Shown here: piece by piece, positions 1-12,700 of the stretch
Position numbering within the stretch: the stretch's first letter is position 1
Layout: the number at the start of each line of letters is the position of its first letter
From: Malacoraja senta
Taxonomy: Eukaryota
Assembly: GCA_038087875.1 (NCBI GenBank)
Contig: CM075991.1
Span: 2,108,001-2,172,000 of the forward strand
Direction: 5' to 3'
Length of the DNA stretch: 64,000 nucleotides
The notes under the pieces: generated by a model
What the model was told of the DNA's origin: nothing
Databases searched by the model: none
Seen by the model: the letters and a program-made list of their open reading frames with translations, nothing else
Position numbers and translations under genes: made by a program

Positions 1-328
1 TGAAATATATAGGGTAAATTTGTATTATATATCTGAATGTGAGGCCCCGTTCTAATATGTTATGATTAACCAAGAGAGCGGAGTTATTTGTTTAACACCA
101 ACAATGGAAGTCAAAACAAGGTTTTCTCCCACCTACAGGTGGGCCACTCGACTATTTTAGACACTGTATTTTCACTTTTTCAAAAACTCACATGTTTGTG
201 TTTTGTGTTTAGTGATAAGCGTAAAAGGGATATGCCAACAAAACTTAGAAATGCAAAGGTTCCCCCAATACCCAAAGACCTGGGATATGGATGCACCACA
301 AGATTTAAAGGTACTATAATTATTCAAA

Positions 329-2760
329 ATGCAAGATGCTAAACAAAAGAACTCATTCTGTAGTTGGAATATAAGAGGTATTAACGAACTTATTAAAAGG
401 GGTAAGATACTAGCTCAGCTGAAACTGTACAACTCTGACATTATCTTCTTACAAGAAACTCATCTAAAATCTCATGATCAAGCTAGGTTGAGGGCGAAAT
501 GGATAGGTCAAACATACCATTCTTCATATACTTTGAAATCTAGAGGTACGTCAATCATTATTAGAAAAGGTATACCATTCAAAGCAAAGAATACCATAAC
601 AGACATTGAAGGGAGATATTTAATAGTTAATGGAGAAATTCATGATACTCCAATTACTTTGGTAAATATATACGGGCCTAACTTTGACAACCCTCATTTT
701 TTCAATAAAATTCTGAACATAATCGCAGAGTTTAATTATCAAAATGTTATAATAGGAGGAGACTTTAACTGTGTTTTAGATCCGTATTTAGACAAATCAA
801 GCCAAAAACAGAGAGGGAATACGAAATCTAAAACCGGTGAACATTTAATACTTAAATAAACAATTGCTAATCCAACTGGCAGGGAATACTCGTTTTATTC
901 AATGGTACATAAAACATACTCACGTATAGATTATTTCCTGGTGGACACAAAATTAATCCCTCACACTTTGAACCCAACATACCATACAAATTCGATTTCA
1001 GACCATTCACCACTAACTTTCTTTTTAAAACTGGAAGGAATGTCTAAGAATAAACCGTTTGGAGATTTAATTCTCAAATCCTAAAAGATCCGCAAGCGAG
1101 TATATATTTAAAAGAACAAATGGACGCCTTTTTTGAAATAAATGACACTCCAGATATATCGCCTACTGTACTATGGGAATCTTTTAAAGCATACATTAGA
1201 GGTATTATAATTTCATATCAAGCTTTTCAAAATAAAAAGAATAAGAATGAACAAAGACAGTTAGAAGAACTTATTAGACAAATAGATATAGATAATGCCA
1301 AAGATCCATCAATAGATAAACATAATAAAATAATAATTTTGAAATTTAAATTAAATAAACTATTATCAGCCAAACTTATAAGACTTTTTCAAATTACAAA
1401 ACAAGAGCACTTTGAATTTGGGGATAAACCGCATAAACTTTTGGATCGCCAGCTAAAAAACCGAGAAAAAGAACATACGATCCCAAAGATTAAATCAGAT
1501 AGAGGGGAATTATTAACCATACCGAAGGATATTAATAAAAGATTTGCGCAATTTTATGAGAATTTGTATACATCTAAAACGACAACTGACTCCAATAAAA
1601 TTACAGAGTTTTTGGATAATTGTAATCTTCCAAAGTTAGAGTTGAAGGAACAAGAGGAATTGGGTGCACAAATCTCAATTAAGGAATTAGAAGATACAAT
1701 AAACTCATTAAAGAATGGAAAAACACCAGGTCCTGATGGATTTACTAATGAATTTTATAAAAGCTTCTATGACAAAATTATACCACGATTACAAAAAATG
1801 TACCAATATGCTTTTAAAAAGCAAATATTACCTGAGACATTAGCTGAATCAACAATCACACTAATACTTAAAAAAGACAAAGATATAGAAGAACCGGGTT
1901 CATATAGAGCTATAGCATTGTTAAACACAGATCAAAAAATATTAGCGAAAACATTAGCTAGAAGATTAAGTAAATATATTAGTAAACTAATAAACCCAGA
2001 TCAGACGGGGTTTATCGCTAAGAGATATTCATCTAATAATATGAGACGTCTACTCAATATAATGCACTCACATAAATCTGAAGAACAAGAATTATCAATT
2101 ATTTCGTTGGACGCTGAAAAAGCATTTGACCAAGTAGAATGGAATTATATGGATAAAGTATCATAAAAATTCCAACTAGGAGAGAATTTTATTTTATGGA
2201 TTAGACTATTATATAATAAACCTACAGCTAGAATATTAACTAATAACATATTATCCTCGAAATTTCAACTATCAAGGGGAAATAGACAAGGATATTCATT
2301 ATCACCACAGTTGTTTGCTCTCATAATTGAACCGTTAGCAGAAAAAATTAGAACACATCCAGATATCCATGGGTATAATACTAAATATTCAAATAATAAA
2401 ATATCTTTATACGCGAATGATATATTATTGTACATCACAAAACCTCAAATTACTATACCAAATATATTAAATTTAATTGAGGACTTTGGATCTTTTTCTG
2501 GATACAGAATAAATTGGAATAAAAGTGAAATTATGTCAATACAACCGAAAGACTCAACACTTCTTTTAAAATTCCCTTTTAAAATAGCTACAGAAAAATT
2601 TAAATACTTGGGAATCGAAATCACTAGAACATATCAAGGCATGTTTAAAGCAAATTTTGATCCTTTACTCAATAAATTAAATACATTAATTACATTTTGG
2701 AAAACGCTCCCGATGTCTTTAATAGGCCGAATAAATGCAATAAAATGATCTTCTTACCAC
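329..2760 (+). mobile_element. L1/Tx1-like LINE ORF2, 5' part (APE endonuclease + RT), degraded, interrupted by DIRS insertion
   Basis: SWNIRG, IFLQETH, GDFN, SRIDY, SDH endonuclease motifs; KTPGPDG, YRAIALLN, SLDAEKAFD, YAND (YADD variant) RT motifs; several stops and frameshifts. Confidence 0.92.
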
Positions 2761-2993
2761 AAATAGTAAGATTAAACGAGAACTTACCTAAGTTTGAAGT
2801 TTGATCTTTATTTTATGAGGAGTTACGTAGGTGATTACGTGAAGAACCCCGCCAGTGCGCCTGCGCGTCAATCTTCAAAGCAGCGGTGTGAAATCACAAA
2901 AACCAACAACCGAAGTAATATAGTCTCATAATAAAACGAGTAGTACAAAAACTTCCATCTGACCTTTATGATAGAGGGTAGGGTCGTGGTGGG

Positions 2994-3106
2994 CACGTAA
3001 TCACCTACGTAACTCCTCATAAAATAAAGATCAAACTTCAAACTTAGGTAAGTTCTCGTTTAATCTTACTATTTTACTTCGGAGTCACGTGAGTGACTAC
3101 GTGAAG
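2994..3106. repeat. DIRS internal complementary region (ICR)
   Basis: 2994-3074 is the reverse complement of 2761-2841, and 3071-3106 is the reverse complement of 12665-12700. Confidence 0.92.
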
Positions 3107-3289
3107 ATTTTATAGCTTTGTGATTTCATGCCGTGGATCAATCCCGGCTTCTCACTGCATAGATTGACTCGGAACGAGAATAATCAATCATGCATTCATA
3201 ATAACCTTTGTACCACAAATGCAGTAATTCATTTCAATAATGAAATGAATCAGATCCTCTTTAAACCAGAGGAATTTACACAGAACTTA

Positions 3290-4250
3290 AAATAGTTTCT
3301 GCAAACAACCCCGCATTAACAATAGGCCGATGGTAAAAATGTTGAAACATCAACTCATTGGATAATGTTGAAACATCAACTCATTGCGAGGATATGGTCG
3401 ACGGGGCCGTCTTTTGCCCTGGCCGCCGACGTTTCTGCTGCCCTAGTCGAGTGAGACGTAAAAACATAAGTGTTAATACCAGCAGCTGTTAAGACTTCTT
3501 TTATCCATCAGGAAATAGTCTGTATTGAAACTCTCTTGTGTGGTTTCTTGTGTGTGATCAACAACCCAGTTTCCGTATTCTCAAATTCTTTGTGACCTCA
3601 ATGTATTTTAATAAATATGTCTTAATACAGAGACATGGATCATTTGGATATGCTGCTAGCATAATTTTAAATCCTGTCACACCTGGCCTAATTTACTTTA
3701 GTAGGTCATAGATATAGAATGTAACCTTGTCTTCAGTTACTTCCATACTGTCTTTTTGTAATTTTCCAAGTGTTTGCACTCGTTGTGCTGTCACTCATGC
3801 CATAAGCATGAATACTTTCATACTGAGCTTGACCAAAGGTAAAGACACACTTGATGACCATTCACGAAGTAGTTTCAGTACCACACTTACATCCCAGATT
3901 GTCACGTACCTTGGTTTCGGTGGTTTGGAATTAAAGATTCCTTTCATTAGTCTGGAAACAATTGGGTGTGACCCAATTGAGTTTCTTTCTGAATCCAGAA
4001 CCAAATATGAGGACAATGCACTTCTGGCTGAATAAATTGCACTACAACTCAGACCTTCATCATAATAAAGTTTTGACAGAAATTCTAAATATTTGAAATA
4101 TCTGCAGTACTTTATTGCACATTCTTTTGTACACAGAACTCTTCCCATTTCTTAATATAAGAAAGGTACTGTTTTTGAGTGCTCTTCCTCCCGGCTGCCG
4201 TAAGCATGTCCACAGTATGCTCAGACAGTCCTCGTCCCAGAAAAGGCATT
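3290..4250 (-). pseudogene. DIRS tyrosine recombinase remnant
   Basis: YSARSALSS, HPIVSRLMKGIFNSKPPKPRY..IWDV, TAQRVQTL and FTSHSTRAA (~3430-3460); stops and frameshifts. Confidence 0.88.
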
Positions 4251-4299
4251 CTTAAAACCTGCAAATCAACAAATCCAAACGATGGTATAATGGATGTTG

Positions 4300-5157
4300 T
4301 TACCCTGTTACAGAATGCAACAATAAATTACTCCTTTTTGGGACTTTCATCAACATTTGTGTTGTTAATTCTAATATCAACAGATACCATGGCTGTATAG
4401 GCCAACCTGGTACTACCAATACCCTTGAAGCAGCATCTTGCCTGATTTTAAGCAAACATTGGCTTATGAGGCAGAAAAGTGGAAATATATATGAAAACAT
4501 ACCACCCCAATGTACCGAGAAAGCATCAATCGCCACTGCTCCTGGATCTGGTTTCCATGAGACATATCTCGATAGCTGATGATTCAAGTCGATGTCGGTC
4601 ATTCCAAATCTGGTTACTATATCATTGAATACCTCTTGATTCAACATCCATTCTTTATTATCATGGAACTTTCGTGACCTGGTGTCTACTATCGTATTCA
4701 TTCTACCTGGTAGATGGATAGCTGAAATCCAAATATTCTTTTCAATACACCAAGACCAAATTTGATTAGCCATTTTGTCACATGACACCGACTTGATTCC
4801 ACCCATATGATTAATATAGGCAACTGCTGTTGTGTTATCAATTTGAACTTGAACATGCTTATTAGTTGTGTTAGAACAGTAAGCTTGGAGCCCATAGAAA
4901 CATCCTAGAAGCTCCAAATAGTTAATTCCCCATGTCTGCAGTAACAATGACTCTTCCTGATTCCATCTGCCTCCGCAGCTAGATGTTAAGTCAGTTGCAC
5001 CCCATCCTAGTGCACTGGCATCAGTTTGTAATATCATGGAAGGTTGTTCAATCAGCACTTTGCTGGAACTGCTTGAGACATGTAGAATCCACCACTGCAG
5101 ATCAGAAACTGCATTTGTTGTTAGTTGCATGGTTCTATCAAAATGACCAACATGCTT
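4300..5157 (-). pseudogene. DIRS RNase H + Dam-like methyltransferase domain
   Basis: TDASALGWGA, INYLELL, DNTTAVAYINHMGG, HLPGRMN; then YVSWKPDPGAVAIDAF..YIFP..LVVPGWPIQPWY. Confidence 0.88.
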
Positions 5158-5227
5158 CTTCTTGTAGGATTCCGGCAGTGTAGACGCTGCTAAGCGTATT
5201 ACTGCCCTCCACAGGTCAAAGTTTGAA

Positions 5228-8200
5228 CTAAATTCTTATATACAGTCCTGTAACTTGCAGGAATTGAAGAACAGCCCTGGATATCAGTTGATGTTTCTCA
5301 TTGTGTCCAAACAAAGATAAAACAGAAAAAGCCTCAACTCCAAGTCCTGTCAGTCTAACAAATAATACTTTTCTTTCTACCCTATACTTTTTACATTCTA
5401 GGAAAACATGCTTAACTGTCTCATCACTCCCACATTCACACCAGCCAGAAACATGTTTCCCTACAATGCACAAATAGTAATTTAACCCAGTGTCCCAACC
5501 TCAATCTACACAGTTTAACTGAGTCCCTACGGGACAGAGATGTACAGAAACATATTTTCCTAACTTCAGATTGTACAGAAAAGTAGTGTCTACCCCTGAC
5601 TTCCATTTCCCATCCTCTCTGCCATTCTTTTATTAAGCCCTCTTTAATTATTTCTCTCAGTTCCACTCTCCCCAATGATACATGGATATCTATTTCTCTT
5701 CTTAAACTCTCCTTTGCTATGAGGTCCACCTGCTCATTCCCCCTCACCCCAGCATGCCCGGGAACCCAGCAAAAAGTGATGTTACACGCAAACCCAATTC
5801 TAGAAAACACACTCAAGATTTCATTTAGAATGTCAGGACGAGCTTTAGATTTCCCTACTCTTAAAGTTTCAAGAGCAGCTGCAGAATCAGAACAGATAAT
5901 GACTTCTCTAAAACTGGCTTCCTCAATCCACCATAGAGCCCATTGAATTGCCATTAATTCAGTCGTGAGAACAGAACTTCCATCAGAAATGCGCCGGCCA
6001 ATCTTCAACCCAAGCTGCTCCACATACACGCCAAACCCAGCTCTCCCACTAACTGGATCTTTAGATCCATCTGTAAAAACAATCAAAGTACTCTCACTGA
6101 TTGAATTAAGATATTCCACTATTCTTGGAGTCACCTCGCGCTTATCTTTTTCCTGAAGAAAAGCAAGCTCAATAAACAGTTCAGGAAGAACCCAATAGGG
6201 CACAGGTAGCCTTATTGTATGCTCTATAATACCCCCTTGTTCCAAACCCAGCTTCCTAGCCCACTGATTTATAACGACAAAAAATGTGTTATATTTGTTA
6301 CCATCATCAACCTCTTGCAACAAACACCTTGCTGGGAAGGTATCATTACACCCACAAAGTTTAGCCCAATAATGTAACCCTAGCTTAATGCGCCTTAACC
6401 ATAAGGGCATTTCTCCCATTTCAACAATCAGGGCAGGGACTGGGGAAGTCCTGAAGGCTCCACAGCAAAGCCTCAAAGCCTTTGCCTGCAACACATCTAG
6501 CCTAGCCAGAACAGTTTTAGACGCAGACCCATACACAAAACACCCATAGTCAAGAGAAGATCTGATCATGGCCTGATAAATTAGCAACATTGTCTCCCTG
6601 TTGGCCCCCCACTCACACCCAACCAGACTTCTCATAACATTCAGAACTTTTTCACACTTCAACACAATTTTACCTACATGCACAGCCCAAGTCATACGCT
6701 CTTCAAACCAAACACCCAAAAACTTAAAAACCTTTACCTTCTCCAATAGAGACCCATACATATACAGCCCTAACTTAGGTAACTTTCTTTTAAAACCAAA
6801 TACCATATATTTAGTCTTAGAGGCAGAGATTTTAAAGCCCCATGTGTTCCCCCATTCCTCTACAGACACTAACACTCTTTGAATCTGTTTTAAAACAAAC
6901 TCTACATTACAACCTCTTTTCCAGATGGCCCCGTCATCTGCAAACAAAGACAGACCAAATCCTCTCTCTAATTTACAAAATATGTCATTTATCATGATAT
7001 TAAATAAAACTGGACTGATAACACTTCCCTGCGGGGTTCCATTCTCTATTTCTACAGACTCCGATCTGACACTACCAACCATTACTTGTATTGTTCTATT
7101 CAATAAAAAATCCTTAATCCAGTTGAACATTCGTCCCCTGATTCCCAAGTCAAAAATTTTAATCATTAATCCCTCCTTCCACAAAGAATCATATGCCTTC
7201 TCAATATCAAGGAATACACTCACTACTATTTCCTTGCTTCTAAATGCCCTTTTAATATCCTGATCCAAAACTGATACAGACTCCATTGTAGACCTTCCAT
7301 TCCTAAAGCCATTCTGTACATCAACAAATAGTCCTCTGGTTTCTAAAAAATAAACTAGTCTGTTGGTTACCATCCTCTCCATAATTTTACAGAGCACTGC
7401 TGTGAGCGCTATAGGGCGATATGAACTAGGGTCAGATGCCTCTTTACCCGGTTTTAAAATAGGGACCACGACTGCATGTTTCCATTCCTTTGGTAAATAA
7501 CCCTCTGCCCACACAGTATTAAACAAAGCTAAGATTTCATCAAGTACAATATCATCCAGATGTTTAAATAACTCATACGACAACCTATCTCTCCCCGGGG
7601 TGGTATTTGCCCCAGACATAATTGCATCCTTCAACTCTTTTATGGTAAAAAACAAATTAAAGGTATTATCATTTACTAAACTCCTCTCCAGCTTCCACTG
7701 ATTAACTGCCATCATCTCGGTTCTCTTTCTACACCTCTCCACTCCCATGCTCTCTGATCTATGCACTGCTTGAAAACTGTCAACACACATGTCTGCTTTT
7801 TCCTTATTGGTGACTGCTACCACCTCACCCTTCTGCAACACTGGTAACAAACTTATTTTATATACTCCTGACATTCTACGCACAGCTGACCACAAATGCC
7901 TTACTGGAGTTTCCGGGCCTAGCGTACCACAAAACTTCCTCCAACTATTCCTCTTTGCATCCTTTACAACTCGTCTTGCTACTGCCCTTAGCCTCTTGTA
8001 CTCCATTGCATTGACCAAAATTGGATACTTTCTTAATTTTCGATAGGCTATATTCCTATTCCTTACAGCTTCATCACATTCTTTATTCCACCAAGGAACA
8101 GACATACGGGACCTAAGTTCCTGCTTCACAGGAATAGTACAACAAGCTGCCTCATGAATCATGAGACTAATGGAGGTATTCCAACTATCTACAGAACCCT

Positions 8201-9005
8201 CACTATTAACCTCTCCAACTAAACTTTGAGCCTTCTCTTGGAATTTATCCAATTTGGCCTGATAAAAGTTATATCTAGGGACTTTCTTTTCCACTTCTCT
8301 CCTCAAATCCTTACCAAACCTACATAAAATTGGATAATGATCACTACCCAGTGTATATCTATCCATTACATCCCATTCACCAATTCTTGCTAAATTTGAT
8401 GAAGCAATTGATAAATCTATGTGGCTGCAGGTGTTTCTCACAATATTATACCTAGACGGCCTTCCATCATTTAACAATACCAACTCATACTTGTCTAGAA
8501 ATTCTTCAACAATAACACAATTTTTATCCCTGTGATCACTACCCCATAAAGGATTATGCGCATTAAAATCTCCAATCCATATAACAGGACACCTTACCTT
8601 CTCCATTATCTCATCAAAATCTGACAATATCAAGGGTTGACAGGGGTTATAATAATTTATCACAATGATAGAATTCTGGCTGCTCCAAACTTCCACAGCC
8701 AAAACTTCAAGATTAGAATTAATATCAACTTTCCTATACTGCAACCCAGTCTTAACAAAAGTTGCACAACCCCCACCTGATCTATCAGACCTATCTAATC
8801 GCACACATTCATAACCTGGGATTACAAAATCTAAACAGGGCTTTAACCATGTCTCTTGGATACATATTAATTCTGGTGCTTCTGTAAATTCATCAACAAA
8901 TCTCTTTAACTCTTGACCATTTCCAATCAGACTCCGGGCGTTCCATTGAAGTATATAAAACATTATGGTGTTAATGAGGATCACCATCATCCACCTCACT
9001 GACAT
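5228..9005 (-). CDS. Nimb-like ORF2: APE endonuclease - RT - RNase H - CCHC (one frameshift near 5490)
   Basis: 1189-aa ORF with QWNARS, CIQETW, GDFNAH, GSDHYP, LDIEKAYD, PQGSVISP, FADD, FTDGSK, WVPGHAG; CECG..H...C continues in the 5228-5473 frame. Confidence 0.92.
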
Positions 9006-10071
9006 ACTCCATACTGCTAGCTCTCGACAACTGTGACCTCTCCATACACTGACTCTCCGTCATGTATTGATGCAACTTTTCTGGCAACTGATTTACACTG
9101 AGGAACCTTTCAGCTGCCCCCACCACTAACCTGATGATATCTGACCGGTTAGCTGCTTTCTTAGCTCCTACCAGCACATCAGAAACAAAAGACAGAAATG
9201 ACTCCTTATTAAAAATCAACATATCAGATGGAAAAGCCAACGGCAAATTTGGCACAGTGATCTGGCTTCCTAGCACCACTCTAGTCCCAGCGCTCACATC
9301 TCCGCGTTCTCTAGCCACCCTTTGAGCTGCCTCTGCATATGACACGTTGTTCTGATCCTTCATTTCCTGTACTCGCTTCGCCTGAACAAAGCGCTTACAA
9401 CCATGAAACCCTGCTGCATGATCCCCATCACAGTTAGGGCACTTAGGAGCCTCTGCCTTGCAATTTTGTATTGCATGATCTCCACCGCACTTTGCGCACT
9501 TTCTTTTACCCCGACAAGACCCAGCAACATGTCCAAACCTCTGACAGTTATAGCAGCGCAACGGTGGTTTAATGTACTCCCTCACTTGATACGCCATACT
9601 CCCAAGAAACACTCTCTGTGGCAGTACTCCATCTTTGAACGTAAGCAGGACCGGCTGGTCCCTGACTCCATTCCTACTCTTAAATCTCACAACATCAATT
9701 ACCTGGGCCCCCTTAACATTTTCTAAGATCTCCTTCTCAGACAAGCCATCATACATCCCATACACCACTCCCTTTATTCCCTGCTCTCTTCCTCTAGGGA
9801 CCAAACTCTCCACCTTGACCACCAACTTCCCCACACCCCTAGCATCATTAAACTGTTTTCTGTCTTTGCAACAAACTCTTAACATCCCATTATACAGAAT
9901 CTTGGCCTGAAAATCCCTACCTATCTGGCTCTCCAAAGCGGTGGTAATTTTTAATGGATTCACTGCTCTAAATCCTGCATCTCCGTGATTTGTTCCTTTA
10001 ACTTTAAACAGCACGACGAATTCTTCAATAATTTTAGTTCTCCTAACTTTACTTCCTTCATCTCCTGACAT
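8971..10071 (-). CDS. Nimb-like ORF1 (gag-like nucleic-acid-binding protein)
   Basis: 366 aa with zinc knuckles CYNCQRFGH..C, CAKCGGDH...C, CPNCDGDH; overlaps the ORF2 start. Confidence 0.9.
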   Translation of the reverse strand: MSGDEGSKVRRTKIIEEFVVLFKVKGTNHGDAGFRAVNPLKITTALESQIGRDFQAKILYNGMLRVCCKDRKQFNDARGVGKLVVKVESLVPRGREQGIKGVVYGMYDGLSEKEILENVKGAQVIDVVRFKSRNGVRDQPVLLTFKDGVLPQRVFLGSMAYQVREYIKPPLRCYNCQRFGHVAGSCRGKRKCAKCGGDHAIQNCKAEAPKCPNCDGDHAAGFHGCKRFVQAKRVQEMKDQNNVSYAEAAQRVARERGDVSAGTRVVLGSQITVPNLPLAFPSDMLIFNKESFLSFVSDVLVGAKKAANRSDIIRLVVGAAERFLSVNQLPEKLHQYMTESQCMERSQLSRASSMEYVSEVDDGDPH

Positions 10072-10314
10072 TTCAGGTCTTTCGCTCGATGCCTCTCTCT
10101 TAGAGCCCCCCCTTTTCCTTACCTACAGTCTGCCACCCACCACCCTCAGAACCACCACTCCCTGAAGCCATGGGCCTCTAGAATCTTTCTCCGGACGGTC
10201 GTACGGTCGGTCATTAATTTCTACTCTCTCTCCTACTCTCAGTGTCCTGGTCTGGAGCTACCTCTCTACTCAGTCACCTCTCCGTCCAGTCCCAACTCCC
10301 TGGCGCGTTACGTC

Positions 10315-11190
10315 GACCAACATGCTTTCTCAGTGCCTGTTCTTTAATTCTCTGCAGCTGTTGATAATGTAATGGTCCAAATTGAACTGCTGGGAATGCT
10401 GCTACTAATTTTCCCAGTACACGAGCCACCTGTCTAATTGAGGGTTTTTGCTCGTTTAGGAGATTACTACAATCTTTAATCAAATCCACCCTTTTTTCCC
10501 TGGGCAAAGTAGTATTCATTTGGACTGAATCAATTGTAAACCCCAAATAATTAATAGAGGTACATGGTGTTAACCTAGATTTCTTTGGATGAATTAGAAA
10601 CCCCAAATTTTCAAAAGTTGATTTCACAACTGCAACAGATGCTTCTGTTGACTGTTTTGTCTTTCCTATAATCAAGACATCATCCAAATATGCCATGAAT
10701 ACATGCCCCTGGCTTCTCAGCAAACCCAGAATTGATTTTAACAATTTTGTGAATATTCTGGGTGCAGATGTTAACCCATTAGGCAGAGCTTTGAACTGCC
10801 ACAACTGGTTCATCCATTTAAATTTAAGATACTTCCTATCTTCTGAATGAACAGACACTGAATAATATGCATCTTTCAAGTCTATAGTTGCCATATAACA
10901 TGCTTCTGAAATAAGCTGTTTGGCAGTCACAAATGTTTCCATTTTAAAATGTCTAAATTGCACAAAAGGATTCAGATTTGTCAAATCCAGAATAATCCTA
11001 CATCCTCCATCCTTTTTTGATCGAGGGAATATATTTCACACAAATTGGTGACTTTGGTAGACTGATTTTTTTCAATAACCCCTTTTTTATATAGGGTTTC
11101 AAGTGCAACCTGAACCTCCATCACTTCTTTTTGTACAAAGTGCAGAGTTCGGCTAGGAACATGCTGAACAGGCAAATCATAATTTGGATT
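10315..11190 (-). pseudogene. DIRS reverse transcriptase remnant
   Basis: HFKMET, IDLKDAYYSV, ALPNGLTSAPRIFTK, YLDD, YLGF. Confidence 0.92.
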
Positions 11191-11194
11191 GAAT

Positions 11195-12488
11195 TCAATT
11201 CGAAATCCTTGTATATGATTCAGGATTACCATATTCTGAAGTAATTTTCTTCCAATTATTATAAAAGAAATGTAACCTGTCTCCAACTTTTGGACTTAAT
11301 CCAGTTAGTATGTTCCCATGAGAACCAGGTCCACCTACCTCTTGAGTCATTTGAGTACCCTGAGATTCCTGGGTTCTCCCGGAAGCACGCCCACTGGTTC
11401 TTGCTCCCGCTGCAGGCCGCCAACTACGTCCCTGCGTTGATGAGCGACTTGGTCCAGGATCCGTATGACGTCTGAAAGGATACTTCCTCTTTACAGACTT
11501 CACAGCCATTGATGCTGCGAATTTTGGATTCATAGTAGGCCGTATCACACTTTTCCTCAGACAATTGTCTCGAAGTGGGTGCTGCATAGCAACCCCAGTG
11601 TTTCCTGATGCAACTCCGTCATCTCTTGGCTTTTTTCTGCTATTCTGGCAAAAGCAGTTATTCCAGAACCCAGCAGCTTTAATATTCTCTGCAACTGATT
11701 CCAGATAATTTGATTCACTGCTGCTGCTTTCAGCAACCCACAGTTACTTCTTGCAGTCTCATCCATTTCCTGCTGTTCCAGCTAATGGTAAACCAAGTAA
11801 TTTATTAAGGAGGCCAGTTCTTCTCCTAATGGCTCTCCTGACCCTGACGGGGCAGCGAATCCTACTGCCAGGAGTGGAACATCTGGCAGCTGCCGTTCAT
11901 CGCCTTGTACAGCCTCACCGTCAGAGTCGGAGTCTGAATTCTCATGACCCGTAGCACGCTCCTCATTCCTGAGGGTGCATTCCATCAGCCCTGAGCCAGG
12001 TGCTGTTAAGCTGCTCCTGTAGCTTGGATTACAGTACACTCCTTCCTGAGTTAACTTTGCTCCAACAGCCTATGAAAAAGGCTTTCTATTTGGGCAACAT
12101 GCTCGAAAGCAGTATCTAGCCCTGTACCAGGAGCTGTTTGAGCTGTTTCCAGCAGCTTGCTTTCAGTACACTCCTCCCTGAGTGAACTTTGCTCCAACAG
12201 CCTATGTAAAAGGCTTTCTATTTGGGCAATATGCTCGAAAGCAGTATCTAGCCCTGGAGCTACTTCCATTGCCTGGGACTCCCTCCTGGGCCGTTGGGAT
12301 TTAAACTTTGTCTTTTGCCCGACAGGTGCTGATAGTGTTTTCACCAGCCCCAGGTCCACAGTCGCTATGCTCACCGCTGGCGACTGTACCGGGGTTTAGA
12401 GGCGGTTGGTCTCTAACCGCGGACTCCCGACTTTCCCGAGTTCTGTCGGCTGTGTCGCTCGCCTCTTCCCCCTGTCCGTTTTTTCCAT
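11195..12488 (-). pseudogene. DIRS gag-like ORF remnant
   Basis: Lies 5' of RT; fragmented ORFs; GCCATGG start at 12488; partial similarity to the copy-2 gag region. Confidence 0.55.
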
Positions 12489-12700
12489 GGCGTCTGTGGA
12501 AAAAATCCCCATAGACCCACAGTAAATGGACCTGGAAAACCTGAAAAATGTTTTTACTTGCCTTGTAGTTGAAAAACTACAAATCCACTCGAGGAGCTCT
12601 GCTCCTCACGTCCGTTTGCGTCAAGGCGTCTGACGTAATGACGCGCAGGCGCACTGGCGGGGTTCTTCACGTAGTCACTCACGTGACTCCGAAGTAAAAT

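Larger units (their letters stand above)
5158..10314 (-). mobile_element. Apparently full-length Nimb/I-group LINE with RNase H
   Basis: TSD GACCAACATGCTT at 5145-5157 and 10315-10327; two ORFs; (AAG)n 3' tail; 3' hairpin. Confidence 0.9.
2761..12700 (-). mobile_element. DIRS1-like tyrosine-recombinase retrotransposon (copy 1), degraded, containing a nested LINE
   Basis: Gag-like, RT, RNase H, MT-like and YR remnants; ~40-bp inverted repeat (2831-2870 vs 12639-12678); ICR at 2994-3106; AAAT at both junctions. Confidence 0.93.

Noticed and set aside
3290..4250. Phage integrase or prophage
   Set aside because: The recombinase belongs to a DIRS retrotransposon (RT, RNase H, ICR)
5719..9910. 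Plus-strand ORFs opposite the LINE
   Set aside because: Antisense shadows of the coding strand
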